NCBI RefSeq assembly: GCF_001194135.2
Contig: NC_068982.1
Coordinates: 27,410,068 to 27,472,622, forward strand
Direction: 5' to 3'
DNA length: 62,555 nucleotides
Source: Octopus bimaculoides
Lineage: Eukaryota
Below are positions 1 through 12,164 of the stretch, in pieces. Position 1 is the first letter of the stretch; the number at the start of each line of letters is the position of its first letter. The notes beneath the pieces were generated by a model. The model did no database searches. It saw only the letters and a program-made list of their open reading frames with translations, and was not told where the DNA came from. Position numbers and translations under genes: made by a program.

Positions 1-171
1 GGAATTAAAAATTCTGAACACGTAGTTTATTGCATAATCGGAATCTCCCTAATCGAAAACATAGGAATCCGGTGAAAAAAGGAGAAAAAGAAGAAATCGG
101 AAAGGTCAGTATCCAACGTACAAAAGACGCAAACCGAGAGACGGTAGATTCCATTTCAAAGTTCAGTCGTC

Positions 172-810
172 GTAGACAACAGAGGGATCGTCCCATATAG
201 TCCTCTATTGCTACGAGTTTTCAAGGCACACATTAACGTGGAATTTTGCAATTCTGTTCACTCCATCTAGTATGTATGCAAATATATAACCAAAGGGTCC
301 GACATGGCTGCCTTTGGCTTTTCGGGTGCTGATTGGGCCAATGAGGTACACCAATATCTAATGGGCCGTTATGTAAGCAGTAATGAATACGCTTGGAGAC
401 TCCTTCGTTTCCCCATCCATGACAGATATCCCACAGTTGTTCACGTCTCTGTTCATTTAGAAAATGGCCAAAGAGTTTATTTTGATCCATTGAATCCCGA
501 AAGAGTTACAGGACAAATATATGTGCAACAGGGGACGACTCTCAGAGCATTCTTTGACCTGTGTAGACGTGATGCATTCGCCGCAACCATCTTTTACTCA
601 GACATACCGAAGTATTACACCTGGGATAACCATGTTAAGAAGTGAAGGAGGAGAAAGCTTGGTGTAACTGTCGAAGGGCACCCACACATAAAAAAAAAGT
701 AATGCTCTAGGTCGAGTTTATACGGTCCACTCCCAAAACTTCGAATGCTACTGTCTCTGGATGCTCCTCCACAAAGTTCCTGGACCAATGTCATTCAAAG
801 ACTTTAAAAT
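172..810 (+). mobile_element. Helitron Rep/helicase-region relic (pseudogenised)
   Basis: Manual translation from 172: VDNRGIVPYSPLLLRVFKAHINVEFCNSVHSI*YVCKYITKGSDMAAF...MGRYVSSNEYAWRLLRFPIHDRYPTVVHVSVHLENGQRVYF...WDNHVKK*RRRKLGVTVEGHPH, then (frameshift in an A-run near 690) NALGRVYTVHSQNFECYCLWMLLHKVPGPMSF. These blocks match the conserved Helitron protein between the Rep and helicase domains. Stops at 268-270 and 643-645. Confidence 0.85.
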
Positions 811-1449
811 AAGTATACTCCTACTCTCTCTCTCTGTGCATGTTATATAGATACATAGATAGAGAGAGACAGACAGCTAGATAATTGCGTGTTTATATTT
901 AAGCTTGGTATAGGTGCATTCATTTATCCACAAAATCCGTGTAATGTCGATATTCCGAAATTCCAAACTACAAAATTAATTGAATTAGATTTTAAAAAAG
1001 TTGTTGCTTAGTTCCGTATCTGCGTTAATGATACAGATCTATGATCAAAATGCATTCCAGTTGTGACCTTCCAGTCATTAATTCGAGGCATAACGTACTT
1101 CACTATGTGTATGACTTGTGTTCTTCCTTATTTAAAACGGTTGGATGTAAGTTGAGGTAGATTTGACTGTTATTTTTAGCATGGCTCATGGAAGGAAGTT
1201 GTTGAATAGAGAAAAGTGAAGAGAAAAACAAAGCATGTTGAGTAGAGATTTCCAGAAAGCCTAAACATGTAAGAAACAGAAGGATAGAATAAGCTAACTT
1301 AAATGAGATTGACAAAATTTTATTGTATCTGCCTCGCTGGAGAGAGGGAATTTCAAAAGGTGGTAGTTACCAGCATGAAGGAATTTAAATACATCTGATT
1401 CTTCGAGCAATTATGCCCGAGAGGCAAACACTTACACGACCATGTTTAT

Positions 1450-1580
1450 GTAGCGTCGTTGTCGTTGTTGTTGTGGTATTGGTGGTGGTGGCGACGGTGG
1501 CAGTAGTAGTGATGGAGGTTGGTCGTGGTGGTGGTCGTCATTATCATCGTGGTGGTCGTGGTTGTTATTGCTGTTTAACT
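1450..1580. repeat. Degenerate (GTT/GTG/GTC)n trinucleotide low-complexity tract
   Basis: Runs of gtt/gtg/gtc; source of the spurious poly-Val ORF 1413..1709. Confidence 0.8.
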
Positions 1581-3173
1581 TCGTCTGCTCTGATCAAAGT
1601 CGGCCCAGCCACAACTGTTCTGTCTATTAATATATCAATGTGCTTCTGTTTATTGTTTTTGTTCTTGTTTTTTTTTTTAATGGTAGGGTATGTATTAGGG
1701 GAGATGTAGCTGTAATTCTCAAGCACAGGACTTTCTGAATGGTGCGTCTATCGAAAATTTACCTTTAATTTCCTTTAGTAGTATGGCCTGCCTGATGATG
1801 AGTTAGGTCCTATGCGGCCCGCTTCTCCAAAAAGGTTGCCAACTAGAATCCTTGCAGATCAAGCGACTGTGTAGAAAATCGTTCATTTCATCTCGTGCTT
1901 GTTCTGTCTTAAATATAGAAAAATGTTTCCAGATATTCAGATGACATTGTTTTTTTTTTTGCTGCCAACCAAACTACAGTTAAAATTTTACACAAGCCAC
2001 TGCAATTCTGAGCCACTGTTGCCGATTGCATCTCATTCTTCTGATATATATCTGGCCAGATGAATGCATTTTATAAGTTATGAAACTTACAGAGATTTGG
2101 AACAACTCCTGTATATTCCTTTTACAAGAACTCTCTCATTTGGCTTGCTGTATAACTAGACTTGCTGATGTGATGCCCCTAAGTTTAGAATAATGGGTTA
2201 TGCTTAAGAGCTACACATTCCAAAATTTAACCATAGATGTAGATTGGTATAGCATTTGTCTGAGACGGCCGTGATTTCTGTTAGCAGTAGCTTAGCTAGA
2301 GTGAGGGCGAAGGACAATATGCCCCGGGTGATGCTTTTATGGGGACGGCAGTTTTGGATCTGTTGTATAAGCCTGTACACACTGTATTGGCCCGGGTGGA
2401 GGGGCAAACTCAAAGGTTGCCCCGGATGGCATACACTCTAGCTGCATCACTGCCTGTTTGTTCTGATTTCAATCCCGCTATTATCCAAACAGTTAAAACA
2501 GGTTTGTACGGTTTTGCAGTCATTGGCAGACGTGTTTTGGAAACGCAGATGTTGTTAGGAAGCAGTTAACACTTCTAGAAATAATTCTAAGTCATGAATA
2601 TAAGACAGAAACAACAGGAAACTTAAAATTTGCTCTGGTGTGGCCAACGGTTTCATGTGGGCTAGATTTTACTCTTTCTTCCCGTCCAACTAGAAAGTGA
2701 CGATCTGGTAGAACTGTTAAAGCGTGAAAAGCCTTTCATCTTTTCAGTGCCGATGAAATAAAATATTACGCAAATATTGGAATAGATGGTATTGACTGAT
2801 CACCTCATTTCAAAATTGCTGGCCTTGTGCCTAAATCAGAAACCATAAAAGACGAAAAACTGGCAAAATCGTTACAGTGTCGGGGGAAATGCCTTGCAAT
2901 ATTTGTTCTGGCTCTTAACTTTCTGCGTTTAAATCCTGCCAAGGCCAAGTTTACCTTTCATCTTTTCGGGACCGTTGAAATAAAGTACCAGTTAAGTACT
3001 GCAGTCGATCGCTGGCCTTATGCCTAAATCAAAAATCGTTCCTGCCTAACTCGAATAATATCTTTCCTACACATACACCCAAAGTTCCGTTACACACCAA
3101 CCAGTTTTGAAGATAATCTTATGTGACTTAACATTTTCTTAATCACAGGCTTTAAAGCTTTTTGTATCACAGG

Positions 3174-3544
3174 CAGGGCCGAACTAAAATATATAGAGGT
3201 CCTAAGCACTGAAAAGATTTTGGCCCCTTTAATTCGAAATATAAACAATAGAATGAATTTTTATGTTTCAAAATGAAACAAACCAGCATTAAGATGGAAA
3301 TAATATTTATTTTTGTAGACTTTCACTTTATTTATATTTGAAAAGTTTTCTCCAATTGTTTTAATTGCAAAGTCCTTGATCAGATGCTCACTATAACATC
3401 ATGAACACTTCGAAATTATATTTCCGATCATATGGGCCAAAGTGATTTTTTTGTGCTGTAAACCATTTACCATTTCTGTGGTGCCTCCCATCACTTGATG
3501 CCCTAAGCACGAGCTTATTTTGCTCAATGGTTAATCCAGCGCTG
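3174..3544. mobile_element. hAT-type non-autonomous element (MITE)
   Basis: Imperfect TIRs CAGGGCCGAACTAA (3174) and TTAATCCAGCGCTG (ends 3544); 8-bp flanks ATCACAGG / ATCACTGG (7/8 match), the TSD length typical of hAT. Confidence 0.7.
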
Positions 3545-3894
3545 ATCACTGGGATCTACCTACCGTAGATCAAACAAAATGCAGGTTTGTTTCTGGGTGA
3601 AAGATAAATAGGCGCTTATCTATCACAGCTAGAAAACGTGATAACTGTTCATTTGAAACTAAACCCAGTACTGCAAACCAACGAATCATTCGCTAATTTC
3701 CTAATTTCCTTCTGCAACATACATAAGTTAAATTGTTAGCACGCCTGGTACCTACCTTCAGTTAAGTGGATACGTCTAGCTATACGATAAATAAAGCTAC
3801 TTATTAATTTGTTTGGAGCATATAACTTTTACTAATGTCTATACAATTTAGAAAATTCTTAAAGATTCTAATTTTAGTTTTTTAAATTCAAAAT

Positions 3895-4150
3895 GTTGTT
3901 AGAGTATCCACATAAGTGGAATCAAGAATGACTAGTTTGCACTGGCATCGAATCGTATGTAATAATGGAGCAAAACCAAATAGTGATATTTTGAAATACG
4001 TACGTTTCGGGTTGATATAATAGCAAATGCATCCATTACGTAAACTTTCCTCAGTTAAAGCATTTTTATTGCATATTTCGCAAACCCCAAACGTACGTAT
4101 TGAATTATTTCAAAATATCACGATTTGGTTTGACTTCATTACTACAACGA
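3895..4150. repeat. Fold-back interspersed repeat (MITE-like); second partial copy at about 36997-37105 in reverse orientation
   Basis: 3953-4015 and 4081-4150 are imperfect reverse complements (gtgatattttgaaat...acgtacgttt). 3895-3995 recurs inverted at about 36997-37105. Confidence 0.6.
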
Positions 4151-5674
4151 CACACACACAATTTCTGTCTATTAAATTCATTGGTCCAGCGTTAAAGTAG
4201 AAGACAGCTGCCCAAAGTACCGTGCAGATGGAACTGAACCCAAAACCACGTGGTTAGATAGTGAACTTCTTAACACAACCATGTACAAACAGCATGATCA
4301 AATTATAAAGAAATTTGCTTCATATTCACGAGGTCCCGGGTTCAATCCTTCTGCATGTCATCTTGGGTAAGTGTTTTTTTTTATCATAACGTCGTGTCGA
4401 CTCAAGCCTTGTCAGTGTGACTTGAGGGGAAACTGTTTAGAAGCCTATCTAATGGATCGTATCTGCAATTCAAAGGTGCAGCCTTGTGGCACGCGATTCT
4501 GCTTGAAAATTGCATTGTCATGTGTCTTTGGAATATTTAGCCAATGGATAGATAATTCAGTTTGATCGAATGACTGAATACTCGTCGTCGAACACGACGG
4601 AGATCCATTACTAAATTCGTGTTTATCTTAACTGCTTAACGAACGAGTTAAAAAGCGATGTCCCCTTCACTCCCAACACCTCCCACATATTCTGATCCCT
4701 TCCCTCTACCATCATTACATCTCATCTAAAAACAGTCGTACGATTTCATCAACGGCTGAAACGGCAGCAGCCAGCTTCTTGCTCTGCCGTTGTGTTAGAT
4801 TAGTTCCATTAGAACGAAGACGAAGCAGCTTATCTCTTAACAAATGCTCGTCAACTGTGAGCTGACACATAACAGGCTGTGGATGAATGTGTGCGTGCGC
4901 GTGCGCGTATGTCTGTGTGTGTGTGTGTATGAATGTGTGTTGCTGTATGTGTGTGTCTGCTTGTGTTGAGGTGTTTGTCTATGTTTTTGCGTGCGTTTGT
5001 GCTATGTTGAGTGTATGTGTTGTGCTGTGTTGTGTGTGTCTCAAGTGCACGTCTGCGTTTGCGTGTCTACCTTAGTCGCAAAAACTTTTACTGTACGAGC
5101 CAACGAAGGAGCCTCTACGTGGATGATCGACCTGCTAGAAATAGCTGCCAAATTTTCCTGAAGTCACACACTCTAACGCCTTAGAAAAGGACACAGTGTA
5201 ATGTGGTTTTGGGGTTTCGTGCATAGGAACGCCTTTCACCAAATCACTCTCTACCGTTTTCAGAATGATAAAGTAAAGAACGTATTGTAATCCTCGATAC
5301 TCTGTAACAGAAAATAAAATAAAACAAAAACGAGATGGTTACAGCTGGAACGCCTTTCAAGTGTACTGGATCAGGGCTTGCCTTGGGAAAAAGAGTTTTT
5401 TGAAAAAGTAGTAGGGTATGATTTGAGGGGGATTTTGCTGCTATTTGTAACAACACTAACGAATACGTAGATGCTACATCGTCGGTGGCGGTGATTATAG
5501 ATTTTATTGTTTTGCTCCATGCCAACCCTATGGTCAGATTTTTCAGTCGTGACAAACTTGTATTGTATTTTTTAGACGTAGCATAAATAAGGGATCTTCA
5601 AATTTTCACTTTATTTTTGATTTCAAAATTTTCTACGCTGACGTAATTTCATTATTATTAATTTCGAAAGAAGA

Positions 5675-5880
5675 CGGCGAGTTGGCAGAATCGTTAGCAC
5701 GCCGGACAATATGCTTCGCAGCATTTCCTCCATCTTGTGTACTGCGTTCAAATGCAGCCGACTTTACCTTTCAACCTTCTCGGGGGTCAATGAAATAAGA
5801 ACCAGTTGACCACTAGCGTCAATATATTGTCTACCCATTCCCCCAATTTCAAGTCCTCTGCCTATAACAGAAAGGAATAT
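5675..5880 (+). mobile_element. tRNA-derived SINE, family B
   Basis: Head ggcgagttggcagaatcgttagcacgccgg with a B-box-like gcgttcaaatgc; homologous copies at about 2815-3030, 13679-13755, 48549-48766 and 53190-53320. Confidence 0.65.
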
Positions 5881-6469
5881 TGATTTATCTTCCATATTTT
5901 ACTTGTTTCAATTACTACACTACGGCCATGCTGGGGCACCCCTTAAAGGGTTTTATTCGAACAAAACGACCCTAGTTCTTTTATTTAAAAAGGCCTGGTA
6001 CGTATTCTTTTGCCGAATTGAGGGATAACTTTCGTCATCTGCATGCAAAACTATATTGTTTGAAAATAATCTGCTGAAAATTTGAAATACTTCAAGCGGT
6101 TAGACGAAATTTAACAAGATCCTAAATAGGCCCACTTTATCACGTGTTCATTTTAAAGGAAGTATGGTGTGATTTGAGGACGATTTGGCTGCTATTTCTA
6201 TTTCTATGGCTGCAGATCGTGCGACCAACTCTCTCTCTCATCTTTGGCTTGTGGTAGCTTAATACACAATAAGGCTTCACACATGCAATACGAAGTTGAA
6301 AAACTTCGAGTAACTGCGATTATCCATGCCACTCGTAAACAAAATCTCCCTTAAGGCTGTATAAAAGGTTTAAAAAAACGGGCGCAGGGTTAATTCCAAT
6401 AAGCTCGAGTCAATCGAAATGTTTTTGTAAAATATAGACAAAAGACCATTGCAGACGAAGTGTGGATCT

Positions 6470-6680
6470 GGTGGTAGGTGGCGGTTTTAGTAGTAGTAGG
6501 TGGTGGTGGTGGTGGTAGTAGTGTTGTAATAGTTGTAAAAGTATTAACAGTTGTAATAGTAAGAGGACTGGTGAAGGTGGTAATAGCTGTAATAGTTGTG
6601 GAAGTATTAACAGTTGTAAAAGTAGTAGTAGTAGTGATGGTGGTGATTGTCGTCGTAGTAGTAATCATGGTGGCAGCAGC
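6470..6680. repeat. Degenerate (GTA/GTG/GTT)n low-complexity tract
   Basis: Produces poly-Val (+) and poly-Thr (-) ORFs 6478..6885 and 6390..6791. Confidence 0.8.
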
Positions 6681-8533
6681 AGTTGTGTTTTTAAACGTAA
6701 CCAACATCTTCACATCTTGCTTCGCTCTCATCATTCTCCACACACACGCCCGCACACACAAACATACATGCATGCGCGCGCGCACACACACACGTACACA
6801 TACACACTCTTATACCCAACCCGGGTCCCTGCAGCCCACAACGATTTGTAAAGGTTTGCTGAGGAGTAGTGGAAGGAAGAATTAAATGACGGCTAGAAAA
6901 ACCACAGTACTGGCTGACAGCACGAAAGAGTGAGAGAGAGAGGGGGGTATCGACATAGAGAGAGAGAGACAGAGGGGGGCATCGGCATAGAAAAAGAGAG
7001 AGATTCAGTTAATTCCTTAAAGCACGAGGTAAACACAGGGGACAATTTTTTTTAACTTGAGAACAAATAACTGTGATTTTACAACCTCATCGACCTCCGT
7101 TTACCTCAAGATTATACCATGAAGTACAGATCAGGTTAGCTAAGAGTTATATTTTGAATTTGAATCATTTGATTTTCTATTGTCAAGTGGAATATTTTTC
7201 TTTTTGTTTTCTTTATATAAAGTTGATAGTAAGAATGCTTATTGTATCCTTGTATTTCATTGACAACTATTGTAACTAATGCTTCCTGGAGAGGTATGAA
7301 CGACACACAATCTATCCCCACACCCCTTCTTTCGTCCTTTTTAAATATGTGCATTTGTACCTCATATACGAACATCACAGTTAATTTAACGTATTTCTGA
7401 TTTCGAAATTAGAAGCACGAAGCATCAGACAGTATAATGCAAAGCCCATAGTTTGGTTTCCCTTCCACTTTATTTTACCGTGTTCATGAGACGGCTTTAG
7501 ATTTAATTTCCTAAACTCTAACCTCGCTTTGTTTACTGGTGTAAATTTTATAATGCCATTAGGACAAAATGCATTGTCAACCGCCGGCGTGTCTCGAACT
7601 CCGCTATCGGATCTCTTCTAGCTGCACCTTTCACAGAAATTTTATTTACATGGATGGTGGGATAGGATGTTGCGGCATTCAGGGCTTTTCCAAGTATATT
7701 AAATATGGTTCTTGCTATTTCAGTAAAATGTCCATATCGCAAATACGTATTTATTTTGATCTGTTACAAGTCTGTTTTGTGCGGAGGTTTCAAAGTCGAT
7801 CGATACCAGTAGTGTATTTATTGCTACTTAATTCATTAACTGCTATTGTTTCATCAAGGGCTGAAATACATTTGAACTGTGAATAGTGAGAGATTGAATT
7901 GGAAACTTTTGCATTTAGCTTGGAACAGTTCTTGGTAAACTGACCTAAGTATATGACTTACTTATTTTATAAGTAACGATCACCTTGGAATTATTTAGAA
8001 GGAAAAAGTCACCGGTTTTTTTTACCTCAAATCATGTTGTCATTGAGTGCAAGTCATGTAATAAGCTACTTAAAATATATTATTCAACTATTTCAACTGT
8101 TATTTATCGTATTTAAATGAAATGTTTTTTTGTCTCGTCAAAATTTTGACTTTATATCCTTTGTCGATGTTTCTAAAGATAGCCTGGGCCTTAGATGTAA
8201 TTCAGTGCCACATCTGTCACTCTTACGGCATTAGATATAAATGATGAATACGAACAACAAATGTTAAAAACAAAATTATTCTAAGCAACTAGCAAGAACG
8301 TTGGATCATCACTGCAAGTTTACATAAAATACTAGTTAAATGTTGTTTAAACAGGTAAATAAATTTATAGTAACTTGCTTTCCATTTTGTCCGCCGGGAC
8401 CATGGGGCGATCTGAATTACAGGAGATGGAGAGAATGTTATAATGAATTGTACTTATTTTACGGACCCCCGGGGAGGGCAGCGTCGACCACCGTGGGATT
8501 TCACTCATAACGCGAATTATAGCAATGTAAACA

Positions 8534-8581
8534 ATGATTTGTAACGTTTGCACGAGGCCAGGACATACTTGTGGAGGATAC
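8534..8581 (+). CDS. Candidate first coding exon of the Orange-domain gene (MICNVCTRPGHTCGGY); unconfirmed
   Basis: ATG 8534 with an in-frame stop just upstream, consensus donor GTGAGT at 8582, at the end of the CpG-rich zone. No homology evidence, and I found no phase-0 partner exon downstream. Confidence 0.2.
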
Positions 8582-9299
8582 GTGAGTATAGTAATAAATT
8601 AAGATCGATGCTATCGATTTTATTTTATCGACAGCAATAGATTAGATCGACTCCAGTAATTGACTAGTTTTTATTTCATCGGCAATTTACGACTAGGGAG
8701 ACGTCGTTTGAGCAGCTGTAAAAATCTTCTCCCACATTAAATCCGATCTATTTTACACATGGAATGTTATCCTAGATGCATATACGTCTGTGCGTGTGTT
8801 TTTGTTCATCATCATTGCTTGACAACCCGGTGTGTTGGTTTGTTTACGCCCCCGTAACTTAGCGGTTCGGCAAAAAAGAGGGGGATAGAATAATTACCAG
8901 ACTTTAAAAAATACATAACAGTGCCGACTTGTTCGACTAAGCCCTTGAAGGCGGTGCCCCAGCATGACCGCAGTCCCATGACTGAAAGAAGTAAAAAATG
9001 ATCGACGCTTTCATATATACTTTAGTTTTGCATTCGCTATTTGTATTTAATAATTCGTTTTGCAAGATTCCTGATGTGAAATCGTGTGTTGAAACAGATA
9101 TTGTTGTGGCCATCTCGAAATACAATATTGTGTTTATTCCATTTTGTCAATTGAGTTTATTATTATTTGCAATGCTTGTTATTGCTAATTGAAACAGAAA
9201 AAAGAATATCCAACGCATTTAAAATGCAAATAAATTACCAAATTAAATTTATAAGGTGACTTGAACGAGAGAGAGTGAGAGAGGTCATGTTGTGTTTGT

Positions 9300-10285
9300 N
9301 NNNNNNNNNNNNNNNNNNNNNNNNNNNNNNNNNNNNNNNNNNNNNNNNNNNNNNNNNNNNNNNNNNNNNNNNNNNNNNNNNNNNNNNNNNNNNNNNNNNN
9401 NNNNNNNNNNNNNNNNNNNNNNNNNNNNNNNNNNNNNNNNNNNNNNNNNNNNNNNNNNNNNNNNNNNNNNNNNNNNNNNNNNNNNNNNNNNNNNNNNNNN
9501 NNNNNNNNNNNNNNNNNNNNNNNNNNNNNNNNNNNNNNNNNNNNNNNNNNNNNNNNNNNNNNNNNNNNNNNNNNNNNNNNNNNNNNNNNNNNNNNNNNNN
9601 NNNNNNNNNNNNNNNNNNNNNNNNNNNNNNNNNNNNNNNNNNNNNNNNNNNNNNNNNNNNNNNNNNNNNNNNNNNNNNNNNNNNNNNNNNNNNNNNNNNN
9701 NNNNNNNNNNNNNNNNNNNNNNNNNNNNNNNNNNNNNNNNNNNNNNNNNNNNNNNNNNNNNNNNNNNNNNNNNNNNNNNNNNNNNNNNNNNNNNNNNNNN
9801 NNNNNNNNNNNNNNNNNNNNNNNNNNNNNNNNNNNNNNNNNNNNNNNNNNNNNNNNNNNNNNNNNNNNNNNNNNNNNNNNNNNNNNNNNNNNNNNNNNNN
9901 NNNNNNNNNNNNNNNNNNNNNNNNNNNNNNNNNNNNNNNNNNNNNNNNNNNNNNNNNNNNNNNNNNNNNNNNNNNNNNNNNNNNNNNNNNNNNNNNNNNN
10001 NNNNNNNNNNNNNNNNNNNNNNNNNNNNNNNNNNNNNNNNNNNNNNNNNNNNNNNNNNNNNNNNNNNNNNNNNNNNNNNNNNNNNNNNNNNNNNNNNNNN
10101 NNNNNNNNNNNNNNNNNNNNNNNNNNNNNNNNNNNNNNNNNNNNNNNNNNNNNNNNNNNNNNNNNNNNNNNNNNNNNNNNNNNNNNNNNNNNNNNNNNNN
10201 NNNNNNNNNNNNNNNNNNNNNNNNNNNNNNNNNNNNNNNNNNNNNNNNNNNNNNNNNNNNNNNNNNNNNNNNNNNNNNNNNNNNN
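9300..10285. other. Assembly gap
   Basis: N-run. Other gaps: 11206-12119, 13430-13678, 30870-31610, 32711-32909, 35871-35880, 36372-36488, 37213-37282, 41452-41578, 53353-53909, 58125-58134. Confidence 0.99.
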
Positions 10286-10677
10286 AACAACAAGGAGTGG
10301 CTGTGTGGTAAGTAGCTTGCTCACCAACCACATGATTCCGGGTTCAGTCCCACTACGTGGCACCTTGGGCAAGTGTCTTCTACTATAGCCTCGGGCCGAT
10401 CAAAGCCTTGTGAGTGGATTTGGTAGACGGAAATTGAAAGAAGCCTCTCGTATATATGTATATATATATGTGTGTGTGTTTGTCCCCCACCATCGCTTGA
10501 CAACCGATGCTGGTGTGTTTACGTCCCCCGTAATTTAGCGGTTCGGCAAAAAGAGACCGATAGAATAAGTACTAGGCTTACAAAAGAATAAGTCCTGGGG
10601 TCGATTTTCTCGACTAAAGCGGTGCTCTAGCACGGCCGCAGTCAAATGACTGAAACAAGTAAAAGAGTAAAGAGTAA
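10286..10677 (+). mobile_element. Near full-length tRNA-derived SINE, family A, with internal (TA)n(TG)n
   Basis: A-box-like TGGCTGTGTGGTAAG, B-box-like GGTTCAGTCCC, central ggcaccttgggcaagtgtctt, internal microsatellite, gtaaagagtaa tail; highly similar inverted copy at 59038-59470. Partial copies at about 8783-8997, 10980-11110, 16180-16330, 22975-23075, 30700-30850, 32240-32450 and 43075-43230. Confidence 0.85.
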
Positions 10678-12119
10678 CTGTTATCAACGTAACCATAATC
10701 TACTTTCACGAAAACTTACATCTATAAAATATCACTCAAAAATATGCTTTTTTTTTTTTCAAAAAGTTTTGAGGAAAGGAAAGTCGGCTGTGGGGTTCAG
10801 CAAGGCTAACTTGCCCTAGATACTGTGAATGAAAATGAAATGTGTATTAAAAGACTTTTAAGAATACATAGGCAGTGCGTCTATATACACACACCTACAC
10901 CTGCGGCGTGCCCTATCTCCGACTCTGTTTCCTTATAAGTTTCTGGAGAATGTGTCTTTTTGAATAAACTTTTGTAGTTGTGGGTGTGTAGTAAGAAGCT
11001 TGCTTCTTAACCACATGGTTCTGAGTACAGTCCCACTGAGTGGCATCTTGGGCGAGTGTCTCCTATAGTAGATTTGGTAGACAGAAGCTGGAAGAAGCCC
11101 GCCGTATATATATGTGTATATATATATATATATTTATATAAAGGGCATTATTATAGAAATAATAACGCCACACAGTGGACTTCTCAATATATATGTGTGT
11201 GCGCGNNNNNNNNNNNNNNNNNNNNNNNNNNNNNNNNNNNNNNNNNNNNNNNNNNNNNNNNNNNNNNNNNNNNNNNNNNNNNNNNNNNNNNNNNNNNNNN
11301 NNNNNNNNNNNNNNNNNNNNNNNNNNNNNNNNNNNNNNNNNNNNNNNNNNNNNNNNNNNNNNNNNNNNNNNNNNNNNNNNNNNNNNNNNNNNNNNNNNNN
11401 NNNNNNNNNNNNNNNNNNNNNNNNNNNNNNNNNNNNNNNNNNNNNNNNNNNNNNNNNNNNNNNNNNNNNNNNNNNNNNNNNNNNNNNNNNNNNNNNNNNN
11501 NNNNNNNNNNNNNNNNNNNNNNNNNNNNNNNNNNNNNNNNNNNNNNNNNNNNNNNNNNNNNNNNNNNNNNNNNNNNNNNNNNNNNNNNNNNNNNNNNNNN
11601 NNNNNNNNNNNNNNNNNNNNNNNNNNNNNNNNNNNNNNNNNNNNNNNNNNNNNNNNNNNNNNNNNNNNNNNNNNNNNNNNNNNNNNNNNNNNNNNNNNNN
11701 NNNNNNNNNNNNNNNNNNNNNNNNNNNNNNNNNNNNNNNNNNNNNNNNNNNNNNNNNNNNNNNNNNNNNNNNNNNNNNNNNNNNNNNNNNNNNNNNNNNN
11801 NNNNNNNNNNNNNNNNNNNNNNNNNNNNNNNNNNNNNNNNNNNNNNNNNNNNNNNNNNNNNNNNNNNNNNNNNNNNNNNNNNNNNNNNNNNNNNNNNNNN
11901 NNNNNNNNNNNNNNNNNNNNNNNNNNNNNNNNNNNNNNNNNNNNNNNNNNNNNNNNNNNNNNNNNNNNNNNNNNNNNNNNNNNNNNNNNNNNNNNNNNNN
12001 NNNNNNNNNNNNNNNNNNNNNNNNNNNNNNNNNNNNNNNNNNNNNNNNNNNNNNNNNNNNNNNNNNNNNNNNNNNNNNNNNNNNNNNNNNNNNNNNNNNN
12101 NNNNNNNNNNNNNNNNNNN

Positions 12120-12164
<45 letters not shown>

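Noticed and set aside
1725-2130. hAT transposase dimerisation-domain remnant
   Set aside because: The end-like atgcggcccgc...aaaaaggttgcc motif is suggestive and partly shared with about 20287-20420, but the peptide similarity is too weak to call.
4800-4865. LERRRSS peptide as a possible bHLH basic region
   Set aside because: No helix 1 pattern, a stop follows, and no splice sites.
6390-6885. Poly-Val membrane-like or poly-Thr mucin-like ORFs
   Set aside because: Trinucleotide low-complexity tract open on both strands; no splice or homology support.
10286-10360. tRNA genes at A-box/B-box motifs
   Set aside because: No cloverleaf acceptor stem; they continue into SINE bodies present in many copies.
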